40,635 nucleotides of DNA from positions 1 to 40,635 of the IMG/VR virus record IMGVR_UViG_3300032330_000963, one strand, 5' to 3'. The translations under genes and the position numbers were made by a program. Shown one piece after another: positions 1-8,795 of this stretch (within the stretch, counting starts at the first letter, position 1; each line of letters starts with the position of its first letter). Source of the stretch: a virus (lineage: Duplodnaviria > Caudoviricetes). The notes beneath the pieces were generated by a model. That model saw only the letters and a list, made by a program, of their open reading frames with translations, was not told the DNA's origin and ran no database searches.

Positions 1-123
1 CGCAAGCCTACTTGCATAGTTTTGGTGCTGAACTCAAAGCCAAACTTAGTCCTGCTGAGGCTAAGGCCCTGATGTCTTACACAGGTTCATACTACGACAC
101 ACTTAACCTGGCGTTGTGGGACA
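1..123. repeat. 123-bp exact direct repeat with 40513..40635 (circular-assembly overlap)
   Basis: cgcaagcctacttgcatagt...gcgttgtgggaca occurs at both ends. It falls inside a continuous ORF. Confidence 0.97.
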
Positions 124-971
124 AGGCAACTAAAGGTAAATCGATTGATCCGGCGTTGCAAAAAGACATCGACCACATTATGTCGGCCTTTGACAAGATT
201 GCTCCTTTGAAAGAGGACATTATTGTCTGGCGTGGCAACGTTCACCACACAACATTCAATCCAGTCTTTCAAAACTTGGGCCTGAATATCGGTGAATTTA
301 TACCGAAGCAGAGTACAAACGGTGATCAAGCTTACCAGATGCTTAAGCACGCTGAAAACGCTCTGATTGAATTTAGTGGCTTCACCAGCACATCCTTCTC
401 TCATAGCGTGACTAAGAGTTTTCAGAAGTCAGGTCAAGCTATCCAAGTTCAAATACAAGTGCCAGCAGGTCAAAAGGCCTTGATGCTTGGAGCGATCTCA
501 ACACACCAAGGTGAAGCTGAAGTGCTGTTGCCAGCCGGTACGCAGTTGCGCGTGAAGCAAATTATTCCAGGCGTCAATGGAGCTCAGCCCACCGCGGTGT
601 TGCAAGTCGTTGAAAAGGGAAGTCAACAGTTCGTTGAAGTACCTGATTACCAAGCTTTGAAAATTGCTCAAGCATATAGAGACAAACCACCGAGTGCAGG
701 AGATAATCAACCACTGTGGTATGAACCTAAGGATGCCGTGGCTGATAGTTTGAAAGGCAAGATAGAGGACCTTGATGCTGTGACCAAGGATATTGATGCA
801 CTGACGGCTGAGATTGATGCTCACTTGACCAATGCTGATCCTGCCTTGTCTACAGCAATCAAGAAGGAACTAGACACTACGATGAAAACCATAGCTGAAC
901 AAGAAGCCTCGGCTCAAGACCTGCATAAAGCTGCGCAGGCTGCTGCCGTGTGTATAACGAAGGGAGGCTAA
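1..971 (+). CDS. C-terminal part of the 1165-aa junction-spanning internal virion protein: ADP-ribosyltransferase domain (VIP2/C3/T4 Alt-like) plus helical C-terminus
   Basis: In frame with the ORF starting at 37986. R-S-E motifs: IIVWRG (R at 231-233), FTSTSFS (STS at 387-395), QGEAEVLLP (ExE at 513-521). Also has the upstream YTGSYY..LN..L helix typical of VIP2-like ARTs. Confidence 0.88.
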   Translation, partial: QAYLHSFGAELKAKLSPAEAKALMSYTGSYYDTLNLALWDKATKGKSIDPALQKDIDHIMSAFDKIAPLKEDIIVWRGNVHHTTFNPVFQNLGLNIGEFIPKQSTNGDQAYQMLKHAENALIEFSGFTSTSFSHSVTKSFQKSGQAIQVQIQVPAGQKALMLGAISTHQGEAEVLLPAGTQLRVKQIIPGVNGAQPTAVLQVVEKGSQQFVEVPDYQALKIAQAYRDKPPSAGDNQPLWYEPKDAVADSLKGKIEDLDAVTKDIDALTAEIDAHLTNADPALSTAIKKELDTTMKTIAEQEASAQDLHKAAQAAAVCITKGG

Positions 972-972
972 T

Positions 973-3492
973 ATGGCCATGCAAGATTGCTTGAACGTCA
1001 TTAAGAAGGCAGCTGGTGAAGGCAAGATCACAGACCAACAGGCAGAGCAACTCCTGTCTGAGATTGATGACTTTGTAACCATGAAGAAAAAGGCTCTCGA
1101 TCCAGAGAACCTTGATGCTACCATTGCGCAACACTTGCAGCAGCGCCTGAACGACACGATCCTTAGTGCTGCCATTGAGAAACGAAATGCCTTGATCAAC
1201 GCCAAGGTGATTGCCAACGTCTTCAATCGCGTCAGTGCCTTTGACAATGCTGCTGAGGGGTTGTCTGCTCTCTTGGTTGGTAGTATCAAAAGCAAAGTTG
1301 GTAGCAAACTAAGCATTGATGCAGAAGGCAAGGCACTTGCAAGCAAGTATCTTGGTCGTTTGATCAATGACCTTGAAAAGGCAGGAGCTCTCGAGCACTT
1401 CTCAAAAGGACACATGGATGGAGACATTGCCAAAGAATTGTGGGAGATTCGTCCAGGCGGTCAACCTGGCAAGACCAACAATCCTATCGCTCAGGTCATT
1501 GCTGAAACAATTCACAAGTACCAGATCGCAGCAGTTGAGCGTCTAAACCGCGCAGGAGCTTACATCAATCCTCGTCCTGGCTATATGTTCAGGCAGAGCC
1601 ACGATCAAACACGTATTCGTGAAGCAGGCTTTGATGAGTGGAAGCAATTCATCCTTGATAAGCTAGACATTGAAGCCACATTCAAAGACGCGAACCCTGA
1701 AGAGTTCCTTAAAGGAGCGTATCGCGGTTTGACCACGGGTCTCCACAAGCGATTCAACAGTGGCAATGAAAGCAACCATTTGCAAGGCTTCACTGGTCCT
1801 GCAAACCTTGCAAAGAAGGCCAGTCAAGAACGTATCTTACACTTCAAGGACGCTGAGTCGTTCATGGCGTACAACGAGAGGTTTGGCACCAAAGACCTTC
1901 GTGAAGCCGTGATCGGAGGTCTTGAGCACATGGCTCGCAATACATCCTTGATGGAAGCCTTGGGCACCAACCCGGTTGCAAACTTTGACAAGATCCTTAC
2001 TGAGTTGAAGACCAAGTATCGCGACGATCCAGAGATGTTTGACAAGCTCTCGTCTAAGTCCCTGATCAATCAACTCAAGGAAGTTGATGGAACCACTCGT
2101 ATTCCAGGCAGCGTATCACTAGCAAAGATCGGTTCAATCAATCGAGCCATCCAGAACATGGCCAAGTTAGGCGGCGCCGTAATCTCGTCTATCACTGACT
2201 TACCGAGTCAGGCAGCCGAACTACGTTACCAAGGCGTTCCCCTGTTCAAGGCGTATACAGAAACCTTGATGAACGTGTTCGACGGTCGCGGCAATGCAGA
2301 GAAACGTGAACTTGCTCGCTTGATTGGTGTCGGTTTTGAAGGCATGCTTGGAGACGTACACGCTCGCTTTGGTTCGCAGGATTCTGTTCCTGGCCGCATG
2401 GCTAAGTTGCAACAGCGCTTCTTCAAACTGAACGGTATGTCTTGGTGGAACGACACCAACCGGACAGGCACTGCTTTGATCATGTCTAACCACCTGGCTG
2501 AGAACTCCGGCAAAGCATTCTCAGCACTTGATCCAAAGCTTCAAAACGTCTTGAGTCAATACAAGATCGGAGAAGCTGAGTGGGCTCTGTACAGCAAACA
2601 CGGCGTTCATGAAGGCGGCAATGGCAATAAGTACATGACCACGGATGGTCTAGAGGACATCTCTGATGACGAAATCGCGGCGTATCTGAAAGCACAGACA
2701 GGTAAAAAACCAACAGCCAGGGCCATCTCTGAGGGACGAGATGAACTGATTAGTCGCTTAGATACTTACTACCAAGATCGTTCTGACTTTGCTGTTCCTC
2801 AGCCAGGAGCCGCTGAACGTGCCATGCTGAATCAGGGAACCACTGTAGGTACGCTTGAAGGTGAAGCCTTGCGAACCATCATGCAGTTTAAGTCATTCCC
2901 TGTTACCATGCTGCGTCGTGGTCTTGGTCGAGAGATCTATGGATCAGCTGACGGCAAGACAGACGTCATGGGTCTTGTTCACTTGATGGTAGCAACCACA
3001 GTCTTTGGCTACGCGTCGATGGTGGTGAAAGACATCTTGAAGGGCAAGGAACCAAGGACCTTCCAAGGAGACCTTGCGAAAGACAGCAAGCTTATGTTTG
3101 CTGCCATGTCTCAGGGCGGTGGTCTAGGTATTTACGGGGATTTTCTTTTCGGGGAATATAGTCGTTACGGACGTTCGTTCCTGTCTACGATGGCCGGTCC
3201 GACCTTCGGACAGGTAGATGACCTAGCCGAGATTTTTACCCGCATCCGAACTGGTGAAGATGTGGGTGCAAACGTCATGCGGTCGGTTATCAACAACACT
3301 CCGTTCATAAATTTGTTTTATACTAGACAAGCTTTAGATTATCTGTTTCTGTACGAGTTGCAAGAAATGGTAAATCCAGGGTATCTTCGTCGGATGGAAG
3401 GTCGTATAATGAGAGAAAATGATCAGCAGTTTTTCGTACCACCAAGCCAGCATGTTCCATACGGGGGTAGTTTAAGGAGCTTAGTACAATGA
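973..3492 (+). CDS. Large internal virion (DNA ejection) protein, 839 aa
   Basis: Last of the internal-core genes, just before the tail fibre. Helical, with a hydrophobic C-terminal region (GGGLGIYGDFLF). Resembles epsilon15/APSE-type ejection proteins (recalled, not searched). Confidence 0.75.
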   Translation: MAMQDCLNVIKKAAGEGKITDQQAEQLLSEIDDFVTMKKKALDPENLDATIAQHLQQRLNDTILSAAIEKRNALINAKVIANVFNRVSAFDNAAEGLSALLVGSIKSKVGSKLSIDAEGKALASKYLGRLINDLEKAGALEHFSKGHMDGDIAKELWEIRPGGQPGKTNNPIAQVIAETIHKYQIAAVERLNRAGAYINPRPGYMFRQSHDQTRIREAGFDEWKQFILDKLDIEATFKDANPEEFLKGAYRGLTTGLHKRFNSGNESNHLQGFTGPANLAKKASQERILHFKDAESFMAYNERFGTKDLREAVIGGLEHMARNTSLMEALGTNPVANFDKILTELKTKYRDDPEMFDKLSSKSLINQLKEVDGTTRIPGSVSLAKIGSINRAIQNMAKLGGAVISSITDLPSQAAELRYQGVPLFKAYTETLMNVFDGRGNAEKRELARLIGVGFEGMLGDVHARFGSQDSVPGRMAKLQQRFFKLNGMSWWNDTNRTGTALIMSNHLAENSGKAFSALDPKLQNVLSQYKIGEAEWALYSKHGVHEGGNGNKYMTTDGLEDISDDEIAAYLKAQTGKKPTARAISEGRDELISRLDTYYQDRSDFAVPQPGAAERAMLNQGTTVGTLEGEALRTIMQFKSFPVTMLRRGLGREIYGSADGKTDVMGLVHLMVATTVFGYASMVVKDILKGKEPRTFQGDLAKDSKLMFAAMSQGGGLGIYGDFLFGEYSRYGRSFLSTMAGPTFGQVDDLAEIFTRIRTGEDVGANVMRSVINNTPFINLFYTRQALDYLFLYELQEMVNPGYLRRMEGRIMRENDQQFFVPPSQHVPYGGSLRSLVQ

Positions 3493-4376
3493 CAGTTCAA
3501 ACAGAAATAAAACGCGTTGTCCAGGTTGGCACTGGTGCCACCAAGACCTTTTATTTCAACGCGACTGTCCAAGGCCTTGATGACCTTAAGGTCTATACAG
3601 TAACCCCAGCTGGTGTACAAACATTGCAAGTCCGCGGTGGTGCTGCTACCTACGACTACGTAATGACGATCAACTCGTCTACGAAGTTTGCTACTGTTAC
3701 ACTAAACAACTTCCTTGCAGCCACATACAAGATCGTTATTCTACGTGGTACCCCAATCACTCAGGTGGTTGACTATGTTGAAGGCGATCCTTTCCAAGCT
3801 GAGACACACGAATCTGCTCTTGATAAGCTAACCATCATCGCAACACAGTTGCAAGAACAGCTTGACAGATCGTTCCAAGTTGTTGAAACCAGTACGGTAA
3901 CCGGTATTCGTGTGGCTGAACTTCAAGCCACAAAAGCTTTGGTGGTCAATGCAGCAGGCACTGCGATTGAGATGGGACCAACCACCACAGACATCGCCAA
4001 CGCTTCAGCTAACGCAGCAACAGCTTCTGCAGCAGCAGCTTCTGCTTCGTCTAGCGCTTCATCTGCAAGTTCTTCTGCAGCAGCAGCTGCGGCTACCTTG
4101 GCAGCAGCCGGTCTTCCAGCTCTAGTTGCTGGAGACGAACTCAAATTTATCCGTATTAAGGCAGACCGTTCTGGATACGAGACCATTGCGCCTCCCCAGG
4201 ATAACTCTACTTTGTACGGTTTTAGGATCTCTACAAGCAGTTTGCTTGTGGACAAGTCTGTAATCGGTGTGGCAGACTCGTTTGACGTGACAAGCTTTGA
4301 AGATTACTTTATCGGTGCTTCAGGTAATGTCTTCTCAGTCAACGCCAACGGTCACCTCATCTGCACATTACCATAA
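3489..4376 (+). CDS. Tail fibre / fibre adaptor with T7 gp17-like N-terminal anchor
   Basis: Anchor motif YVEGDPFQAETHESALDKLT, an Ala/Ser-rich linker, and position after the ejection genes. Confidence 0.75.
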   Translation: MTVQTEIKRVVQVGTGATKTFYFNATVQGLDDLKVYTVTPAGVQTLQVRGGAATYDYVMTINSSTKFATVTLNNFLAATYKIVILRGTPITQVVDYVEGDPFQAETHESALDKLTIIATQLQEQLDRSFQVVETSTVTGIRVAELQATKALVVNAAGTAIEMGPTTTDIANASANAATASAAAASASSSASSASSSAAAAAATLAAAGLPALVAGDELKFIRIKADRSGYETIAPPQDNSTLYGFRISTSSLLVDKSVIGVADSFDVTSFEDYFIGASGNVFSVNANGHLICTLP

Positions 4377-4386
4377 GGAGTAAAGC

Positions 4387-6357
4387 ATGGCAACCCTTGA
4401 TCTTGGAAAGATTAAATTCACGTGGAAGAGCGCTTATTCCGGCGCTACTGCTTACGAAAAGGACGACGTCGTTTCTTACAACGGCAACTCGTACGTCTGT
4501 AAACTGGCAACTACTGCTGGTACGCTTCCTACAAACACAACCTACTGGGACGTGATGGCGCAAGGTGCTGGTCTAGCTACCACCCTTGGAGACCTGATCA
4601 CGCACAACGGAACAACGGCAGTTCGCTTTGGCATTGGATCAAGTGGTCAAGTGCTGACTGCTTCGTCTACCGGTCTTGCTTGGGCTCCTCAGTCCGGGTT
4701 CCAAGGTAACTCAATTTACGTCAACACCACACGTCCTTGGATCGCAGGTCCTAACCTAGTAGGTACCGGCAACGAACCCTGGCTCGGTGACCCTGCTGGC
4801 ACGAACCTGCGCATTGCTCAGGGTTTGCCTAATCCTCGCTTGGGACCACGCCAGTTTTCTCGTGGCGGTCGTACTAGGTTTGAGGTCAGCAACTTCTTGA
4901 ATGACCGCTTTGAGTACGTGGCTCGCGGCACTGTGGAATATGGTTTGGTTGGTAAGTACGCACACTCTCATAACCACCACAACCTGACCGCATTCATGTC
5001 GTTTAGCGGTGAATACGGCTTGATGCGAGCAGGCGACCACTTTGTTCAGATCCACCACTGCAGTGCTTCGGGCGCCATGATGGCCCTGACCAAGGACGGT
5101 GACCTGTTCTTTATGGGTTACAACAACCTGGGTCTTGCAGGGGCAGGACACACCACGGACGTGTACTCATGGACCAAGGTTCCTTACTTAGGTCCTGATG
5201 CTTCTGTTGGTGGACTATCTTGCAAGATCATTGGTTTGACTGTTTCCAATGAACTGAACGGCGGCGAAGCAGATAGCCCAACCATCTTTGCTATTGACAG
5301 CAGCTATCGCCTCTGGACATGGGGCTACAACGGCAACGGTGAGTGCGGCATTGGTAATACCACTTCTCCTCAAACCACCCCTCAATTGGTTTCTGCCTTG
5401 CCAAACGTGCGCATGATCCACGCACGTCCTCGCAACGTTATGGCGGTCAACAACGCAGGTCAGTTATACACTTGGGGTTGGAATGCGTACGGTCAACTTG
5501 GCACTGGCAACACAACGGCCTATACATCGCCTCAGTTGATTTCAGGGGCTACCAATGTATACGACATTGAAGTCCACACTGGCTCTTATTACTCAGCTGG
5601 TTGGAACTACTACGGCACCGCGTACTACATGAAGAACAACGGTGAGTTGTACGGTTCAGGTTACAACAGCAACGGAAACCTTGGTAACGGCAACACAACG
5701 TCCCAGTCTGCTTTCGTACGCTGTGGTACCTCTCAGACCTTTGCTGAGTTCCACGTTAATGGTACGTCTGAGTATAAGACCCTGGCTGCTATCGCCGGGG
5801 TTCCTGGAACACCAACCGGGGCTCTTTGGGTCTGGGGTTACAACGGTAACAGTCAGTTTGGTGACAACACTACAACCCAAACCAGTACGCCTACTCGCCC
5901 GGGAACCTTGTGCGATACCACGCGTAACCGCAACTTCACCTACATTGGTGGTGTAACGTCTAACAGTGACCGTGTCTTTCCAAGAGACAACATTGTCAAG
6001 ATCATGCCATACACGTATAGTGAATCTGGAACAGGGTGGTTTGTACAAGACACTACCGGTCGCTGGTATATCATGGGTTACGGCGTCAACTTTGGAACTT
6101 ACCGCAGTGACAACACCTCTCAGTCGTACTCTCGTCCTGTCTTGATGCCTGGTCCTTGGTCCTCTGAGGACGGTCATACGGGGTTAGTCGACGCAACAGT
6201 GGTTGGTTACCGTCAAGCAAGTTACCCGTACTCCCCTGGATTCATGCATCAACTACTGATGTCAGACGGTCGCGTTTTGATGATGAGTTCTAACGGCGAG
6301 GCTGAGTTCTCAAGCGATACCGGTTACAACGGCCGATTCATGGTCATGAACCCATAA
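4387..6357 (+). CDS. Receptor-binding/tail fibre protein with RCC1-like beta-propeller repeats
   Basis: N-terminal YEKDDVVSYNGNSYVC (CBM5/12-like module). At least five RCC1-like units, e.g. LWTWGYNGNGECGIG, LYTWGWNAYGQLGTG, LYGSGYNSNGNLGNG. RBS taaggag upstream. Confidence 0.8.
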   Translation: MATLDLGKIKFTWKSAYSGATAYEKDDVVSYNGNSYVCKLATTAGTLPTNTTYWDVMAQGAGLATTLGDLITHNGTTAVRFGIGSSGQVLTASSTGLAWAPQSGFQGNSIYVNTTRPWIAGPNLVGTGNEPWLGDPAGTNLRIAQGLPNPRLGPRQFSRGGRTRFEVSNFLNDRFEYVARGTVEYGLVGKYAHSHNHHNLTAFMSFSGEYGLMRAGDHFVQIHHCSASGAMMALTKDGDLFFMGYNNLGLAGAGHTTDVYSWTKVPYLGPDASVGGLSCKIIGLTVSNELNGGEADSPTIFAIDSSYRLWTWGYNGNGECGIGNTTSPQTTPQLVSALPNVRMIHARPRNVMAVNNAGQLYTWGWNAYGQLGTGNTTAYTSPQLISGATNVYDIEVHTGSYYSAGWNYYGTAYYMKNNGELYGSGYNSNGNLGNGNTTSQSAFVRCGTSQTFAEFHVNGTSEYKTLAAIAGVPGTPTGALWVWGYNGNSQFGDNTTTQTSTPTRPGTLCDTTRNRNFTYIGGVTSNSDRVFPRDNIVKIMPYTYSESGTGWFVQDTTGRWYIMGYGVNFGTYRSDNTSQSYSRPVLMPGPWSSEDGHTGLVDATVVGYRQASYPYSPGFMHQLLMSDGRVLMMSSNGEAEFSSDTGYNGRFMVMNP

Positions 6358-6367
6358 GGAGAAGAAG

Positions 6368-6739
6368 ATGAAGCTATACACTTTCGCGGGTGAGTATGTT
6401 CACCCGCAATCAGGTTTTGGTAATGCGCCAATTTGGCACGGCACTAAGGACAACGTGACCTACGCGTCGATGGACGACACTTGTCTTGCTGCGTTCAATG
6501 CCGCACAGGATGGCAACTGGGCACTGGGTACCTCTGCAGATATTGCAGTGGCTAAGTCAATCAGCCTCAAGGTTGAGATGATCCTGGCTCAGATTACCAA
6601 AGACATTCGCAAGAAATACACGGTTGACGATGAGTTTGCTGCGCACCGTACCCAGAACCAAACTGTTCTGGACGACATTGCAGCAATCGTCGCAGCCCGC
6701 AAAGCTGAGGTGGAGGCCCTGTTCAATGGTACGGCATGA
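6368..6739 (+). CDS. Hypothetical protein, possibly a tail fibre assembly chaperone
   Basis: Good RBS (taaggag), directly after the fibre gene, helical C-terminus. Confidence 0.55.
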   Translation: MKLYTFAGEYVHPQSGFGNAPIWHGTKDNVTYASMDDTCLAAFNAAQDGNWALGTSADIAVAKSISLKVEMILAQITKDIRKKYTVDDEFAAHRTQNQTVLDDIAAIVAARKAEVEALFNGTA

Positions 6740-6908
6740 TGATTCGATGATCGATAAAACTGAGGCACGCTTGGATTCTCATGAAGAACTTTGTGCCTTG
6801 CGCTACGAAGCAATCAACGCGCGACTCAAGAGGCTTGAGAGCATCTTGATTGGTAGCGCAGGGTTTGTCATTGCTGCCTTAACGGCTATTGCATTCAAAC
6901 TGAAATAG
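6726..6908 (+). CDS. Small membrane protein of the lysis region (coiled coil plus C-terminal TM)
   Basis: ARLDSHEELCALRYEAINARLKRLE followed by a hydrophobic tail. GGAGG lies upstream of ATG 6726; alternative start at 6747. Confidence 0.6.
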   Translation: MVRHDDSMIDKTEARLDSHEELCALRYEAINARLKRLESILIGSAGFVIAALTAIAFKLK

Positions 6909-6919
6909 GCTGACCATGT

Positions 6920-7435
6920 ATGGATCCAGTTACCGCATTTGCTGCTGCGCAAGCAGCTGTAGCTGGGATCAAGGCCTGCGTCAATTTATACAAGGACGCT
7001 AAGTCTGTTGGTAACGACGTGAGCAACATAGCTCACGAGATTAGCAGCAACCTTGGTAAATTCTTCGACGCTCAGGAACATGTCTGTAGAGCTGGTTCTG
7101 AGATCGAAGGCAAGATCATCAAGACAAAGTCTGTCAACCAACAGGCTTTGGATAACGTCTTGCGAGTAAGACAGCTCCAGCAGTTTGAACAGGAGTTGAA
7201 AGAGTTGCTGATATACCACACGCCAATGGCCGGTTTGTGGGATGACTTCCAAGCAGAGAGACGTAGAATCCGCGAAGAGATAGCAGAGCAAGAACGTCTT
7301 GAACGCGAGAAAGAAGCTCGCGCCAAGAAGTTGAAGGCCAAACAACAGGAAGAAGACGAGGTAGCCGTACTAGTATTGATCATAGCTGCGCTGTTCATGT
7401 CAATCCTAGCTGGGGTACTATATTTGATCATGTAA
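6920..7435 (+). CDS. Coiled-coil protein with C-terminal transmembrane helix
   Basis: Charged helix ending VAVLVLIIAALFMSILAGVLYLIM; located in the lysis cassette. Confidence 0.6.
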   Translation: MDPVTAFAAAQAAVAGIKACVNLYKDAKSVGNDVSNIAHEISSNLGKFFDAQEHVCRAGSEIEGKIIKTKSVNQQALDNVLRVRQLQQFEQELKELLIYHTPMAGLWDDFQAERRRIREEIAEQERLEREKEARAKKLKAKQQEEDEVAVLVLIIAALFMSILAGVLYLIM

Positions 7436-7450
7436 AGAAAGGCGGTATGT

Positions 7451-7864
7451 ATGTTTGGATTAGATGCACTCCTTGGAATTGGAATGAAGGTCCTGGACAA
7501 GTTTGTACCAGACCCGGAGATGAAGGCAAAGGCTCAGCAAGAACTGCTACGCATGCAGCAAGAAGGTCGCCTTGCTGAACTGACAGCTGACAACATCGAA
7601 GCCCAGGAACTTACCAAGCGCCAAGCAGCTGACATGGCCAGTGACTCCTGGCTCAGCAAGAATATCCGTCCCCTCACGCTGATCTTTATCCTTGGTGCCT
7701 ACTCCCTGTTCGCTACAGGATCTGCCTTCAATATCAGCGTCAATCAGTCGTACGTTGAGTTGCTAGGTCAGTGGGGCATGTTGATCATGTCCTTCTACTT
7801 TGGCGGTCGTACTCTAGAGAAGATCATGGAAATGCAGTCCTCAAAAAAGGATGAGAAAAAATGA
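7451..7864 (+). CDS. Holin (3TM/GTA-type holin-like)
   Basis: SDSWLSKNIRPLTLIF and YFGGRTLEK motifs, TM segments, adjacent to the endolysin. Confidence 0.75.
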   Translation: MFGLDALLGIGMKVLDKFVPDPEMKAKAQQELLRMQQEGRLAELTADNIEAQELTKRQAADMASDSWLSKNIRPLTLIFILGAYSLFATGSAFNISVNQSYVELLGQWGMLIMSFYFGGRTLEKIMEMQSSKKDEKK

Positions 7865-8313
7865 GCTACCATCTTTCGCAGAAAAGCCTGGACAAACTAG
7901 TTGGCGTGGATCCTAAACTGGTGCAGGTAGTTAAACTAGCTATTGACTACACCAAGGTAGACTTCGGCGTGACTGAAGGACTGCGGACTATTGAGAAGCA
8001 GCGTGAGTACTTTGAAGCCGGCAAGAGCCAGACCATGAGCTCCAAGCATATTGATGGGAAAGCCGTGGACCTGGTTGCCTACGTCGGCGGTACTGTCTGC
8101 TGGGAAGCGAACGTGTACGACGACGTGGCTGATGCCATGAAGACGGCAGCCAAGGAACTAGGCGTTGCAATCCGTTGGGGAGCAGCCTGGAACGTCAAAG
8201 ACCTGACCAAGTGGGAAGGTACCGCAGAAGACGCAATGCACCACTACATCGATGAACGTCGTAGCCAGGGTCAACGACCCTTCATTGATGCACCACACTT
8301 TGAGTTAGCGTAA
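7861..8313 (+). CDS. Endolysin, M15 family (L-Ala-D-Glu) Zn peptidase
   Basis: EGLRT..Q, SKHIDGKAVD (SxH...D) and DAPHFEL Zn-ligand motifs. Confidence 0.88.
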   Translation: MSYHLSQKSLDKLVGVDPKLVQVVKLAIDYTKVDFGVTEGLRTIEKQREYFEAGKSQTMSSKHIDGKAVDLVAYVGGTVCWEANVYDDVADAMKTAAKELGVAIRWGAAWNVKDLTKWEGTAEDAMHHYIDERRSQGQRPFIDAPHFELA

Positions 8314-8795
8314 TGGCAACACTAATGTCCAAGAAAAAGGTTGACCTCAGTGTCTGCCCAATGCCGCTGCAGGATAACACGCTCAACGTCAAGAACCACA
8401 TGGAAGGTATCAAGATGAAGGGACTGGGGCCTGCTGATCCGCGGGTTCCTAACGACGTGTTCTGGGCAGACAAGGCAGAGAAGTGGGGAGTTACCCCTGG
8501 AGACGCACGAGGTCGTCTATGCTGCAACTGCAGATTCTTCGTCAACTCCAGTGACATCAAAGCCTGTATTGAGAACGGTCCGGCCAAGGACTTAAAGGCG
8601 AGTGCGTTGCCTCTCAATCCTAGGTGGGCGGACATCGAGAGTAAGCCAGTCGCCTTCTGTGTCTTGCTCGACATTACATGTTCTCCAGTAAGGACATGCG
8701 ACTTCCAACAACTTGGCGGACCTATTGACGACGACAAGCGTACGCTTCCCAAGTACAGGAATATCCTGGCAGAGGAAAAGAACGAGAAGAATTAA
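8313..8795 (+). CDS. Cys-rich hypothetical protein (putative metal binding)
   Basis: CCNCRFF ... AFCVLLDITCSPVRTCDF. TAATG coupling to the endolysin. Confidence 0.65.
   Translation: MATLMSKKKVDLSVCPMPLQDNTLNVKNHMEGIKMKGLGPADPRVPNDVFWADKAEKWGVTPGDARGRLCCNCRFFVNSSDIKACIENGPAKDLKASALPLNPRWADIESKPVAFCVLLDITCSPVRTCDFQQLGGPIDDDKRTLPKYRNILAEEKNEKN

Noticed and set aside
1-123. 123-bp end repeat as a biological direct terminal repeat
   Set aside because: It lies in the middle of a coding frame that reads through the junction, so it is best explained as assembly overlap of a circular or permuted genome.
12-971. Stand-alone 319-aa ART gene starting at TTG 12
   Set aside because: The frame is open upstream across the junction to ATG 37986.
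4000-4110. GCA/TCT-rich tract as a tandem repeat or VNTR
   Set aside because: It simply encodes the Ala/Ser linker of the tail fibre.
4387-6357. Diversity-generating retroelement target, as in BPP-1
   Set aside because: No reverse transcriptase and no TR/VR repeat pair seen.
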